NCBI GenBank assembly: GCA_034506175.1
Contig: JAPDQB010000038.1
Location: 2,003 to 66,002 of the forward strand
Source: Candidatus Zhuqueibacter tengchongensis
GTDB lineage: Bacteria; Zhuqueibacterota; Zhuqueibacteria; Zhuqueibacterales; Zhuqueibacteraceae
Direction: 5' to 3'
Length of the DNA stretch: 64,000 nt
In this document: positions 10,853 to 20,224 of the stretch, piece by piece
How positions within the stretch are numbered: the stretch's first letter is position 1
Layout: each line of letters opens with the position of its first letter
Notes under the pieces: generated by a model
Database searches by the model: none
What the model was told of the DNA's origin: nothing
Seen by the model: the letters and a program-made list of their open reading frames with translations, nothing else
Position numbers and translations under genes: made by a program

Positions 10853-13186
10853 TTATTGCCTCTGATACTTCAATCGCATCCGCTGTCGAATTACTTCCGC
10901 GACTGTATTCACAAAAAATGTCATGACGAACAGCAGCAAAGCCGCGAGAAACAAGGTCCGAAACAGCGTGCCGCCGAAGGGCGCTTCGGGAATTTCGACG
11001 GCGATATTCGCCGACAAGGTGCGAAAGCCATTGAAGATGTTCCAGTCCATCACCGGCGTGTTGCCGGTGGCCATGAGCACGATCATGGTTTCGCCGACGG
11101 CGCGGCCAAAACCAATCATCGCAGCCGAAAAAATACCCGGACTGGCACTGGGCAGAACGACGTGCAGCGCGGTTTGCCAGGGGCTGGCGCCGAGGGCCAG
11201 CGAGGCCGCCGTCAAACTCGGCGGCACGCTCGAGAGCGCATCTTCGGAAATCGTGAAAATGATCGGCACAACGGCAAAGCCCATCACCATGCCGACGACA
11301 AAAGCGTTGCGCTGGTCGTAGCCGAGCTTGAAAGTATCCAAAAGCCACTGGCGAAAATCACTGCCAAAAAGCCAGCGTTCGAAGTTGGCGTTCATCGCCA
11401 GGCAGAACCAGACGGCCAAGATGATGAATGGAACCAAAATAAATATCTCAGACCCGGCGATCAGACGTTGCGTCCAATTTTTGGGCGCGCGCTGCCAGAG
11501 CCAGCCGGCGAACAAAGCCATGAGCGGAACGAAGATGAACATCGCCAAAACGCCCGGCATCACCGGTTGGACGCGCGGCGCCAGCCACAAGCCGGCGATA
11601 AATCCCAACACCACCGTCGGCAAGGCGGCCATGATTTCCACCGCCGGCTTCACCAGGCCGCGCAGTTTCGGATGCATGAACTGCGAGACGTACAGCGCCG
11701 AAAGCACGCCGATGGGCAGCGCAAACAGCAGCGCGTAAAACGTGCCTTTGAGCGTGCCGAAAATCAGCGGCATCAGGCTCAACTTGGCTTCGAAATCATC
11801 GGTGCCACTGCTGGATTGCCAAACATATTCGGGCTTGCTGTAACCCTCATACCAAATTTTCCCGAAAAAGGCGCGCCAGTTGGCCTCGGGATGCGGGTTG
11901 TCGATAAGCAAATGCGAGAGATTTTGTTGCGCGTCGATGACGAAGGCGCCGTCGGCTTTTGGCGCCATGCTGATCAAGGCGATGGGCGAAGATGAAAATG
12001 CCGCGCGGTAAAGCGTACGCTGGTTGGTCGAAAAATGCAAAATGATCTCGCCGTCTTCGCTGCCGGTAAAAAAAGTGCGATTGCGCTGTGAAGCCGCAAA
12101 GGCGCGAACCGCAGCGCGATGTGGCGCCAGCGCATGCGCTTTGCGAAGCCGGCGTTCGCCCTCGCCGTTTTCATCAAAACTCTCGAACCATACCGCGACG
12201 CTGCCTTGCGCATCGCCGACAATGATCGAGCGCTCGCCGATCAGAAAACCGAGTGTCGTAATCGCCGCTGGCGAAGCCGACAGTTTTTCCTTTATCTGCG
12301 GCGAGCTCGGATCTTGCAAATCATACTTCAGCAGCGTGCCATTATCGAAGCCGAGGTAAAGATTGTCCAAAGATTTTTCAAGCGCCAGCGCCGTCGGCGT
12401 GGCGGGAAGCTGATCGAGGCGGGGCCGTGTGACAACGGCTTCACCGGAACCGAAGAGAGAGGTTTCTGCTCGCCGGCTCAAAAGCGCGACCCGGCGATCG
12501 GCCGTAATCGCCGCGGCAAAAAAGTTTTCATCCGGCGAGCCGGCAGCAGCCACTTTTGTCAAGGCTTGCGCCGCCTCGTCGATTTGCAGCGGCTCGCTCA
12601 AAACAACCGTTGGCGCAAAAATGCGTTGTGATTCAACCAGCGCCACGCCATAATCGATCTCGCCAAAAATCAGTGTTCCCGCGCTCGTGCCGGCGGCGAA
12701 GCTTTTGCCGTCTCCTGAAGCCCACGCGCAGGTTAATTGCGTTGGGGCGGAAATCGGAATCGTGAAGTCGTGCAGCGATTTGAACGAGCTTATATCAAAA
12801 AATCGGAGATGCCCGGTGGTCGTCACGACGAACCCGATTTGTTGATACTCATCGCAACCGGCCGCCAGCGCCCGCGCATTCGAGTCAACATCGAGCTGGG
12901 TGAGCGGCAGTTGTTTCAGCGTTCTGACTTCGGCGTTGCGCCAGAGCGGCGCGATGACGAACAGAAATAAAAAGAACAATCCCAGGATGCTGGCAATCAC
13001 AACCAATCCGCCGGTGGTGACGACAGCGATCACCGCACGGTCGATTGCTTTACGAATGCGGTCGCGAGGATTTTTTGCCGGTGCGACTTCTTGCTGCACG
13101 CGTTCTTGCGTGTCGATTAACATGGGTGGCATTTTTATACAAGGGAGTGCGATTTCCCGGCCAAACCGCAGCCGGAAATATCGCAC
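10853..13186 (-). CDS. pstC: Phosphate ABC transporter permease PstC (long form with a ~400-aa periplasmic repeat domain)
   Basis: 777 aa. The C-terminal ~300 aa are a PstC permease (EDALSSVPPSLTAASLALGASPWQT). After TM1 comes a large domain with beta-propeller-like repeats (GTLIFGEIDY, GTLLKYDL, GSVAVWFES, DGEIILHFS). An alternative start lies at 13132. Confidence 0.85.
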   Translation of the reverse strand: MRYFRLRFGREIALPCIKMPPMLIDTQERVQQEVAPAKNPRDRIRKAIDRAVIAVVTTGGLVVIASILGLFFLFLFVIAPLWRNAEVRTLKQLPLTQLDVDSNARALAAGCDEYQQIGFVVTTTGHLRFFDISSFKSLHDFTIPISAPTQLTCAWASGDGKSFAAGTSAGTLIFGEIDYGVALVESQRIFAPTVVLSEPLQIDEAAQALTKVAAAGSPDENFFAAAITADRRVALLSRRAETSLFGSGEAVVTRPRLDQLPATPTALALEKSLDNLYLGFDNGTLLKYDLQDPSSPQIKEKLSASPAAITTLGFLIGERSIIVGDAQGSVAVWFESFDENGEGERRLRKAHALAPHRAAVRAFAASQRNRTFFTGSEDGEIILHFSTNQRTLYRAAFSSSPIALISMAPKADGAFVIDAQQNLSHLLIDNPHPEANWRAFFGKIWYEGYSKPEYVWQSSSGTDDFEAKLSLMPLIFGTLKGTFYALLFALPIGVLSALYVSQFMHPKLRGLVKPAVEIMAALPTVVLGFIAGLWLAPRVQPVMPGVLAMFIFVPLMALFAGWLWQRAPKNWTQRLIAGSEIFILVPFIILAVWFCLAMNANFERWLFGSDFRQWLLDTFKLGYDQRNAFVVGMVMGFAVVPIIFTISEDALSSVPPSLTAASLALGASPWQTALHVVLPSASPGIFSAAMIGFGRAVGETMIVLMATGNTPVMDWNIFNGFRTLSANIAVEIPEAPFGGTLFRTLFLAALLLFVMTFFVNTVAEVIRQRMRLKYQRQ

Positions 13187-13219
13187 TCCTGGTCAGGGGG
13201 GATAGCTACACCTCCCTGC

Positions 13220-14191
13220 CTATTCCAATTTTTTCAGTTCTTCGGCGACGACTTTGGCGGGCAGCGGCAAGTAGCCGTCCTTGATTACGACCTGCTGGCC
13301 TTCTTGTGTGAGGATGAATTTGCAAAATTCGCGCACGAGCGGGTCCAACGGCTTGTTCGGCGCTTTGTTGATATAGACATAGAGAAAACGCGCCAGCGGG
13401 TATTTTCCGCTCACAACATTTTCCAATGTGGCGGTATAAAACTCACCGCCCTCTTTTGCCGCCAACGGTACGGCGCGCACGCCGGAAGTTATGTAGCCGA
13501 TGCCGGAATAGCCGATGCCGAAGCGATCTTCGGTCACGCCTTGAACCACAGAAGCGGAGCCGGGTTGCTCTTTCACAGTGTCTTTGTAATCGCCCTTGTA
13601 CAGCGCGTGCTCTTTAAAATAGCCGTAAGTGCCGGACGCGGAGTTGCGGCCATACAGGCTGATCGGTTTTCCCGCCCAGCCGTCGGCCATGTTCAATTGA
13701 TCCCAAGTCGTCAGGTCTTGGGGAAAACCGCCGCGCCGGGTTTTGGAAAAAATCGCATCGACTTGCGGCATGGTCAGGCCTTTGATCGGATTGTCCTTGT
13801 TGACGTAAACCGCCAGCGCGTCAATCGAAGTGCGAATCGCCGTGGGCTTGTAGCCGTAAGCTTTCTCGAACTTGTCGATTTCTTCCTGCTTCATTTCACG
13901 CGACATCGGGCCAAACTGCGCGGTGCCGGCGATCAGGGCGGGCGGCGCGGTGCTGGAGCCTTTGCCTTCGACCTGTATCTTGACGTTGGGGTAAAATTTT
14001 GCAAAACCCTCGGCCCACAGCGTCATCAGATTATTCATCGTATCCGAGCCGATGCTGCTCACCGAGCCGGAAACGCCGCTGGTCTTTTTGTATTTGGCAA
14101 TTGCCGGATCGACTTTGACATTATCCTGCGCTGTCGCGGAAAGAGCAGCCGCAACGCTCAGCGTCATGAAAATTTTCAATGCGGGTTTCAT
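13220..14191 (-). CDS. pstS: Phosphate-binding protein PstS
   Basis: Signal peptide followed by PstS motifs (GSDTMNNLM, GKGSSTAPPALIAGTAQFGPMSREM). I chose the start at 14191 because AAGGAG lies 8 nt upstream; the track ORF starts at 14212. Confidence 0.88.
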   Translation of the reverse strand: MKPALKIFMTLSVAAALSATAQDNVKVDPAIAKYKKTSGVSGSVSSIGSDTMNNLMTLWAEGFAKFYPNVKIQVEGKGSSTAPPALIAGTAQFGPMSREMKQEEIDKFEKAYGYKPTAIRTSIDALAVYVNKDNPIKGLTMPQVDAIFSKTRRGGFPQDLTTWDQLNMADGWAGKPISLYGRNSASGTYGYFKEHALYKGDYKDTVKEQPGSASVVQGVTEDRFGIGYSGIGYITSGVRAVPLAAKEGGEFYTATLENVVSGKYPLARFLYVYINKAPNKPLDPLVREFCKFILTQEGQQVVIKDGYLPLPAKVVAEELKKLE

Positions 14192-14227
14192 GGGTTTTTC
14201 TCCTTTTTTCAAAGTTACTGCCTGTGA

Positions 14228-15247
14228 TTAAAACCGAAAGAACAACGTCACCTCGCCGATGGCGGTGGCATCCCTTCCCGCCGCCTGGTAGCTTTCGATT
14301 TTGACGTTGGGAATGATGTTGACATTTTTTTCCGGCGCGAAATCCAAGCCGGCGATGATGAAGGTGTTGCCGTCGTCATCGAGGTCGGCGTTCGGATCAT
14401 AAAGGTCGTAACGGCCGAGCAGCTTGACTTTCTCCGCCACTTTCACCGCGCCGAAGATCGAAAAGCCGTTTTCGGTCCTGTCCTGTTTGTTCGCCAGCGC
14501 TTTGTTGCTGGTTCGCCGGTAAGCTTCCACGCCGCCGTGAAAATTCGGTTTTTGCAAACCGGCGAATAGCGCCAGCGTATTTTTGCTCCTGCCGGCGTCG
14601 CCACCTTCATAATCAAAATAAGGAACGATGAAATAGGCGTTTTGAATCTTGATCGGTGTGTTGACGAAGACACGCTTGTTTTTGTCGGTTTCACTTCTTG
14701 TTCCCGTGCCATTGGCAATGAGAACGCTGTAATTCATGACCCCTGACTTGGTGAACTTGCCCTCCAACCCCAGGCCAAAATCAGCCGAACTGGTGACCCG
14801 TCGCAAGTCCATGATCGTTTTTTCCACCGCACGATATCCCCACACTTCTTCCGAAATGCTCCACGTTGGCACCGGCACCAGACCAAACGACAAATTGCTC
14901 TGCGAGATGAAATTGTTCCACCGCAGAAAGGCATGCTTGATATAAGGCGTGAGCTGGCTGCTGGCCCCGAAATCCTGGCTGCTGAATATATCCGGGCTGT
15001 TCATTTCGAGCCGAAAGCGCACGAAAAATCTTTCCGACAAATTGCGATCGTATGTGAAATAGGCCCGCCGGAATTGGAACCCGTTGCGATTAAGCGCGTC
15101 AGTTGCGGCATTGGGATGTGAAAATTCATAGAAATAATCGCCGAAGAGGTAGCCGCTGATCTTCCCTTCCTGCGCTGCAAGGTTGGAGAAAAAACACAAC
15201 AATACTGCGATGGGCATGGCCCACCGATGGGTGGCTTGGACCTTCAT
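14228..15247 (-). CDS. Phosphate-selective porin O/P-like outer-membrane beta-barrel
   Basis: Signal peptide (MKVQATHRWAMPIAVLLCFFSNLAAQ), alternating beta-strand pattern and a C-terminal aromatic residue (TLFFRF). It is the first gene of the pst cluster. AGGAGGG lies 5 nt before the ATG at 15247. Confidence 0.7.
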   Translation of the reverse strand: MKVQATHRWAMPIAVLLCFFSNLAAQEGKISGYLFGDYFYEFSHPNAATDALNRNGFQFRRAYFTYDRNLSERFFVRFRLEMNSPDIFSSQDFGASSQLTPYIKHAFLRWNNFISQSNLSFGLVPVPTWSISEEVWGYRAVEKTIMDLRRVTSSADFGLGLEGKFTKSGVMNYSVLIANGTGTRSETDKNKRVFVNTPIKIQNAYFIVPYFDYEGGDAGRSKNTLALFAGLQKPNFHGGVEAYRRTSNKALANKQDRTENGFSIFGAVKVAEKVKLLGRYDLYDPNADLDDDGNTFIIAGLDFAPEKNVNIIPNVKIESYQAAGRDATAIGEVTLFFRF

Positions 15248-15346
15248 GTTACCCTCCTGACCGTTGTTTTGAACCTGACCGTTTGCGTTGTTTTGGTACA
15301 CCAAAAAGCTACGTGCACGATAGCCGTTTGAAGGTAAGAAACAAAG

Positions 15347-15384
15347 TTTAAAGCAATATCAAGGCAATATTAAGATTGTGTTAA
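15347..15384 (-). promoter_or_regulatory. Candidate Pho-box array (four TTnAyA hexamers with 10-11 bp phasing)
   Basis: The minus strand reads TTAACA caatc TTAATA ttgcc TTGATA ttgc TTTAAA, 100-137 nt upstream of the porin start. The phasing and hexamer resemble PhoP/PhoB direct-repeat boxes. Confidence 0.4.
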
Positions 15385-15436
15385 TAGGGCAACCTACTGC
15401 CGATCAAATGCTGGAAAACATTTAGAATGTGACTGT

Positions 15437-15493
15437 GACCGGTCACTTAAATTTGCTGAAATCCAGAAATTTCAGGCACTGAAGTGACCGGTC
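15437..15493. repeat. GACCGGTC hairpin element, copy 1 (12-bp arms, 33-nt AT-rich loop)
   Basis: GACCGGTCACTT ... AAGTGACCGGTC are exact reverse complements. The loop is homologous to the loop of copy 2 (55325-55388). Confidence 0.7.
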
Positions 15494-15651
15494 CGTGACT
15501 TTGCAGATACCCTCTTGCAGAAAACTAATGAGTCGTAGAAAGAAAACGAGGTTTTTAATGAATCCATAACGCCGACATTATTCCTCCTTCATTCAGCAAT
15601 CTTATATTGGAAACGAACAATGAATTGGTGAAAAATTTTTCGGAGAAGAAC

Positions 15652-15852
15652 ATGTTTAAAACCACTCAACCCGTTGCTGCGCAAAACCCCGCTCCGAAGC
15701 CCGTCCCTTCCGAATGGGTATCACTGGCCGGCGTCTGTCATGTCTTTGCCTTTCGGCCTCAGAGATTTGTTAATCAGACGCAACCCGAGGCGATTCCTGA
15801 CGCAGACGCCGAGACCCTTCATGAGTTTCTCAAAGAAATACTTTTGTTTTAG
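15652..15852 (+). CDS. Possible small protein (66 aa), unknown function
   Basis: The ATG is preceded by GGAGAAGAAC, and the ORF ends 40 nt before the receiver gene. It has no recognisable family, so it may be non-coding. Confidence 0.2.
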   Translation: MFKTTQPVAAQNPAPKPVPSEWVSLAGVCHVFAFRPQRFVNQTQPEAIPDADAETLHEFLKEILLF

Positions 15853-15892
15853 TTAACGAACCGCTGTCTCCACCGAAAAGAGGAACTCGATT

Positions 15893-16267
15893 ATGATTTT
15901 CATGAATAAAATCAATCCGGCAACCGTCTTGCTGGTCGATGCCGATGCGGATGAGGCGCGCCGCAGCAAAAACGAGCTTGAAGCGCAGGGCTACCGCGTC
16001 ATTTGCGCGGGCTCCGGCGAACAGGCCTTTGCGGCGTTCGAGCGCGAAAAAATCGATGCGGTCGTCGTCGCCGCGCTTTTGCCGGACATGCACGTGTTGG
16101 ATCTCATCGACGACATCGCCGCCAAGCGTGATCGCAATGTTCGCATCATCGTCAACGATGCCGGTCCGAATTACAGGCACGATTTTCGTTATTGGGCCGC
16201 CGATGCGATTGTCGACCGATCATCTTATTCGCAAAGACTGTTCAACTATGTTGCGACACAGTTGTGA
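15893..16267 (+). CDS. Stand-alone CheY-like receiver domain protein with degenerate phosphorylation site
   Basis: 124 aa with a receiver-fold pattern (VLLVDADADEA...IDAVVVAALLPDM...RIIVND). Aligned to CheY, the phospho-acceptor Asp, the Thr/Ser and the Lys positions read Ala, Asn and Asp. A ribosome-binding site AAGAGGAA is present. Confidence 0.75.
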   Translation: MIFMNKINPATVLLVDADADEARRSKNELEAQGYRVICAGSGEQAFAAFEREKIDAVVVAALLPDMHVLDLIDDIAAKRDRNVRIIVNDAGPNYRHDFRYWAADAIVDRSSYSQRLFNYVATQL

Positions 16268-16331
16268 TCATTCGACCACCTCCCCCAATCGGTTATCACA
16301 GCTTTGCCTGTCAACTTTACAGGAGGATATC

Positions 16332-16976
16332 ATGTTCGTTCAAAAATTTTTTCGACGCGGCTTCATCAGCATGGGATTAGGTATGATGATTTTACTCACG
16401 ACAACCTCGCCGACACCCAGCCTGCAAGCTCAACCGGCGCATTACACAGCGGCTGAGAGCGTTGCAAGCAAAGAAAAAAGGGAAATCAGCGAGCCGGTTT
16501 CATCTCCCCGGAAAAACGTTTCGACCAAAGACGTCGATCTCACCCCAAGTCTTCCCTCGAGAAAAATCGAAACGGAAAAAATCACCTCGATCTTCGTGCA
16601 GGCCAATGACAGCAAGAGAATACAATTTTCGATTCTGGTTGCCTGCAAGCGGGAATTTACGCAAGCCGTGCGCGAGTTGTTCGGCGAAAACGTGACGCCG
16701 CTGTTGTTCTCGGTTTCGACCCTGCCGCTGCGCAACGTAATATTCGATCCTAGCCGGCTACGCTTCGAGCAGCGCGGCCGCATCTGGCAGCCTGATTCCT
16801 CGCGGCAGGCTCTTGATGTTTGGCCGCTCGTAGAAGGTGACCGCTTCGGCGGACCGATCACCGACGGCCAAATTCAGCAAGGTGTGATTTTGCTGCCGGA
16901 ATGGTTCGATCCCCAGGCGCCGATCACCGTGCGTTACGGGGATTTTCATTATCTGGCGCGATTCGCGCAGGAATGA
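16332..16976 (+). CDS. Secreted hypothetical protein
   Basis: AGGAGG lies 5 nt upstream of the ATG at 16332. There is an N-terminal signal-like segment (FISMGLGMMILLTTTSPTPSLQA). The longer track ORF (15939-) overlaps the receiver gene in another frame. Confidence 0.6.
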   Translation: MFVQKFFRRGFISMGLGMMILLTTTSPTPSLQAQPAHYTAAESVASKEKREISEPVSSPRKNVSTKDVDLTPSLPSRKIETEKITSIFVQANDSKRIQFSILVACKREFTQAVRELFGENVTPLLFSVSTLPLRNVIFDPSRLRFEQRGRIWQPDSSRQALDVWPLVEGDRFGGPITDGQIQQGVILLPEWFDPQAPITVRYGDFHYLARFAQE

Positions 16977-17106
16977 GGCCCGGCATTATGCAGTCGTGTT
17001 TAACGATGATTTAACACCCCGTTTATCCTTTGTTAATGACAGCATCGTAAATTCATGGGGATAAATTTTAAATTCTTTAAACCAGGGAAATAATTCGGAG
17101 GCAATA

Positions 17107-19995
17107 ATGATTCGCAGATGTGTTTCGATTTTTTTTGCTGTGCTTTTCTTGAGTTCGGGGGTTTTCGCTGCCCACATCGTGGTCTCGGGCAATATCACCG
17201 TGAACACGACCTGGACGAGCAGTAATACTTATTTGCTCAATGGCTTTGTTTACGTGAGAGCCGGCGCGACGTTGACCATCCAGCCCGGCACGGTGATTTA
17301 CGGCGACAAAGCCTCCAAAGGCGCGCTGATCATCGAGCAAGGCGCCAAAATCATGGCCGACGGCACGAAAGATAATCCGATTGTTTTCACCAGCGCCTTG
17401 CCAGCCGGCCAACGCAATTACGGCGATTGGGGCGGCGTCATTATCTGCGGCCGCGCGCCGATCAACGTTCCCGGCGGCACCGCCACCATCGAAGGCGGCG
17501 TCGGTTCGATTTACGGCGGCAACGATCCGAACGACAACAGCGGCGTTTTCCGCTACGTCCGCATCGAGTTTCCCGGCATTGCCTTTCAGCCCAACAATGA
17601 GATCAACGGTTTGACGCTCGGCGGCGTCGGCAGCGGCACGGTCATCGACTACGTGCAGGTGAGTTACTCCGGCGACGACGGCTTCGAGTTCTTCGGCGGC
17701 ACGGTGAATGCGAAGCATCTGATTTCGCTGCGAACTCTCGACGATGATTTTGACACGGACTTCGGTTATGCGGGCAAAATTCAATATGCCGTGGCGCTGC
17801 GCGACCCCCAGGCCGCCGACGTGAGCGCCAGCCAGGGCTTTGAAAGCGACAACGACGCGACCGGAACAGCCAACACGCCGAAAACCAGTGCCATCTTCTC
17901 GAATGTGACGCTGGTTGGCCCGAAGGTGACGAATGCGGACGTTGTCAACAGCAACTACAGACGGGCGTTGCATCTTCGTCGAAATACTGAAATATCCTTA
18001 TACAACAGCATTGTCATGGGCTGGCCCGGCACCGGCGCCGGCAGCGGCATTTTTATCGACGCCAACTCCACGGCGGACAATGCCATGAGCGGCAAGCTGC
18101 AAATTCGCAATGTTATTCTCGCCGGCAAGGACACCGTGACGACCAACGCCACCAACGGCTTCAACGCGATGACGTGGTTCGATACGCCGGCGTTCGGCAA
18201 TACGCGATTGACCAACAGCGCCGACGTAAAATTGGTTGATCCGTTTAATTTGACCAATCCCAATCTTACTCCCAAAACGGATTCGCCGGCTCTCACCAAT
18301 GCGGACTTCACGAACCCTCGTCTCACCGATCCATTCTTCACCGTCACAACTTTCCGCGGCGCCTTCGGTAGCGGTGAGCGTTGGGACTTGGGCTGGACGA
18401 ATTACAATCCACAAGGAACTTCCTCAGGCTCGCAAGTCGTGATCTCGGGCAACATTACCACTAACACAACTTGGACCAGCAACAAAACTTATTTGTTGAA
18501 TGGCTTTGTTTACGTGAGAGCCGGCGCGACGCTGACGATCGAACCCGGTACGGTGATTTACGGCGACAAGGCTTCCAAAGGCGCGTTGATCATCGAGCAA
18601 GGCGCCAAAATCATGGCCGACGGCACTGCTGATCGTCCCATCATTTTCACCAGCGCCCTTCCTCCGGGCCAACGCAGCTACGGCGATTGGGGCGGCGTCA
18701 TTATCTGCGGCCGCGCGCCGATCAACGTTCCCGGCGGCACCGCCACCATCGAAGGCGGCGTCGGTTCGATTTACGGCGGCAACGATCCGAACGACAACAG
18801 CGGCGTTTTCCGCTACGTCCGCATCGAGTTTCCCGGCATTGCCTTTCAGCCCAACAATGAGATCAACGGTTTGACGCTCGGCGGCGTCGGCAGCGGCACG
18901 GTCATCGACTACGTGCAGGTGAGTTACTCCGGCGACGACGGCTTCGAGTTCTTCGGCGGCACGGTGAATGCGAAGCATCTGATTTCGCTGCGAACTCTCG
19001 ACGATGATTTTGACACGGACTTCGGTTATGCGGGCAAAATTCAATATGCCGTGGCGCTGCGCGACCCCCAGGCCGCCGACGTGAGCGCCAGCCAGGGCTT
19101 TGAAAGCGACAACGACGCGACCGGAACAGCCAACACGCCGAAAACCAGTGCCATCTTCTCGAATGTGACGCTGGTTGGCCCGAAGGTGACGAATGCGGAC
19201 GTTGTCAACAGCAACTACAGACGGGCGTTGCATCTTCGTCGAAATACTGAAATATCCTTATACAACAGCATTGTCATGGGCTGGCCCGGCACCGGCGCCG
19301 GCAGCGGCATTTTTATCGACGCCAACTCCACGGCGGACAATGCCATGAGCGGCAAGCTGCAAATTCGCAATGTTATTCTCGCCGGCAAGGACACCGTGAC
19401 GACCAACGCCACCAACGGCTTCAACGCGATGACGTGGTTCGATACGCCGGCGTTCGGCAATACGCGGCTCACCAACGCTGCGGATGTGATGCTGCTCAAT
19501 CCTTTTAATTTGACCAATCCCGACTTCAGGCCCGCAAGCAGCTCGCCGGCATTGAGCGGCGCTGATTTCACGAACACGCGACTGACCGATGCCTTCTTCA
19601 CGCCGACGACTTTTCGCGGCGCGTTCGGCAGCGGCGAGCGCTGGGATGCGAAGTGGGCCAATTACAATCCGCAGTACAGCGTCAATTCCATTCTCAGTGA
19701 TGTGAAAGTCAAGCAAAATGCAGTGGTTCCCATGAAATATATGTTGGAGCAAAATTATCCGAATCCGTTCAATCCTGCGACGCAGATCAAGTATGCGCTG
19801 CCGAAAGCCGGTCACGTCACACTCAAGCTTTACGATGTGGTCGGTCGAGAAGTGGCGACACTCGTCGATCAAGCGCAAACGGCCGGTGAGTTTACCATAA
19901 CTTTCAACGCCGCCGGCCTGTCCACGGGAATTTATTTCTACCGCTTGAAGGTCGGCGATTACAGCGAAGTGAAGCGGCTGGCATTCGTGAAGTAA
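17107..19995 (+). CDS. Large secreted repeat protein (two ~420-aa beta-helix-like modules) with T9SS C-terminal sorting domain
   Basis: 962 aa with a signal peptide and a duplicated module (GNITVNTTWTS..YLLNGFVYVRAGATLTI.PGTVIYGDK ... DDGFEFFGGTVNAKH ... GFESDND). The C-terminus is T9SS type A-like (NYPNPFNPATQIKYALPKAGHVTLKLYDVVGREV...GIYFYRL). Confidence 0.85.
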   Translation: MIRRCVSIFFAVLFLSSGVFAAHIVVSGNITVNTTWTSSNTYLLNGFVYVRAGATLTIQPGTVIYGDKASKGALIIEQGAKIMADGTKDNPIVFTSALPAGQRNYGDWGGVIICGRAPINVPGGTATIEGGVGSIYGGNDPNDNSGVFRYVRIEFPGIAFQPNNEINGLTLGGVGSGTVIDYVQVSYSGDDGFEFFGGTVNAKHLISLRTLDDDFDTDFGYAGKIQYAVALRDPQAADVSASQGFESDNDATGTANTPKTSAIFSNVTLVGPKVTNADVVNSNYRRALHLRRNTEISLYNSIVMGWPGTGAGSGIFIDANSTADNAMSGKLQIRNVILAGKDTVTTNATNGFNAMTWFDTPAFGNTRLTNSADVKLVDPFNLTNPNLTPKTDSPALTNADFTNPRLTDPFFTVTTFRGAFGSGERWDLGWTNYNPQGTSSGSQVVISGNITTNTTWTSNKTYLLNGFVYVRAGATLTIEPGTVIYGDKASKGALIIEQGAKIMADGTADRPIIFTSALPPGQRSYGDWGGVIICGRAPINVPGGTATIEGGVGSIYGGNDPNDNSGVFRYVRIEFPGIAFQPNNEINGLTLGGVGSGTVIDYVQVSYSGDDGFEFFGGTVNAKHLISLRTLDDDFDTDFGYAGKIQYAVALRDPQAADVSASQGFESDNDATGTANTPKTSAIFSNVTLVGPKVTNADVVNSNYRRALHLRRNTEISLYNSIVMGWPGTGAGSGIFIDANSTADNAMSGKLQIRNVILAGKDTVTTNATNGFNAMTWFDTPAFGNTRLTNAADVMLLNPFNLTNPDFRPASSSPALSGADFTNTRLTDAFFTPTTFRGAFGSGERWDAKWANYNPQYSVNSILSDVKVKQNAVVPMKYMLEQNYPNPFNPATQIKYALPKAGHVTLKLYDVVGREVATLVDQAQTAGEFTITFNAAGLSTGIYFYRLKVGDYSEVKRLAFVK
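17170..19689 (+). repeat. In-frame tandem duplication, 2 x 1260 nt, inside the CDS
   Basis: Unit 1 is 17170-18429 and unit 2 is 18430-19689. Line-by-line comparison shows 17419-18206 is identical to 18679-19466 (788 nt, no mismatch), while the flanks of the units are clearly diverged. Confidence 0.95.
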
Positions 19996-20224
19996 GGAAA
20001 ATCAAACGTAATGCCGAAAAAACGCAACCTTCACGCATGACGCAATTACGCCTTACGCTTGACGAACCGTACTCTCCCCTCCATTCCCTTACTCTTGCTC
20101 GCGCACAGGAAGGTGGACTGCGAGTGAGAGTAAGGCGAGGGCGGGTACGAGCAAGTGAGAACAGGACAAAAATTACCCGCGAAACGGGTAACACAAACAT
20201 GACAAAAAGAGAGGCAGAGTACGC

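Noticed and set aside
15939-16331. The 5' 393 nt of the 345-aa track ORF 15939-16976
   Set aside because: This part overlaps the receiver-domain gene (15893-16267) in another frame and is Arg/Ser/Pro-rich. A strong AGGAGG plus ATG at 16332, followed by a signal-like peptide, marks the real start.
17170-19689. CRISPR array or other short-period repeat array
   Set aside because: The only large direct repeat in the window is a 2 x 1260-nt in-frame duplication inside a gene. No 25-40-nt repeats with regular unique spacers occur anywhere, and no cas genes are present.
19996-20224. Possible riboswitch (cobalamin/TPP) or small ORF (20037-20228) in the 229-nt leader of the TonB-dependent receptor
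   Set aside because: The leader has short inverted repeats (CTTACTCT/AGAGTAAG, TGCTCG/CGAGCA). I could not find the B12-box, the TPP CUGAGA/ACCUGA core or any other riboswitch signature. The ORF is Arg-rich with no ribosome-binding site. A covariance-model scan would be needed to revisit this.
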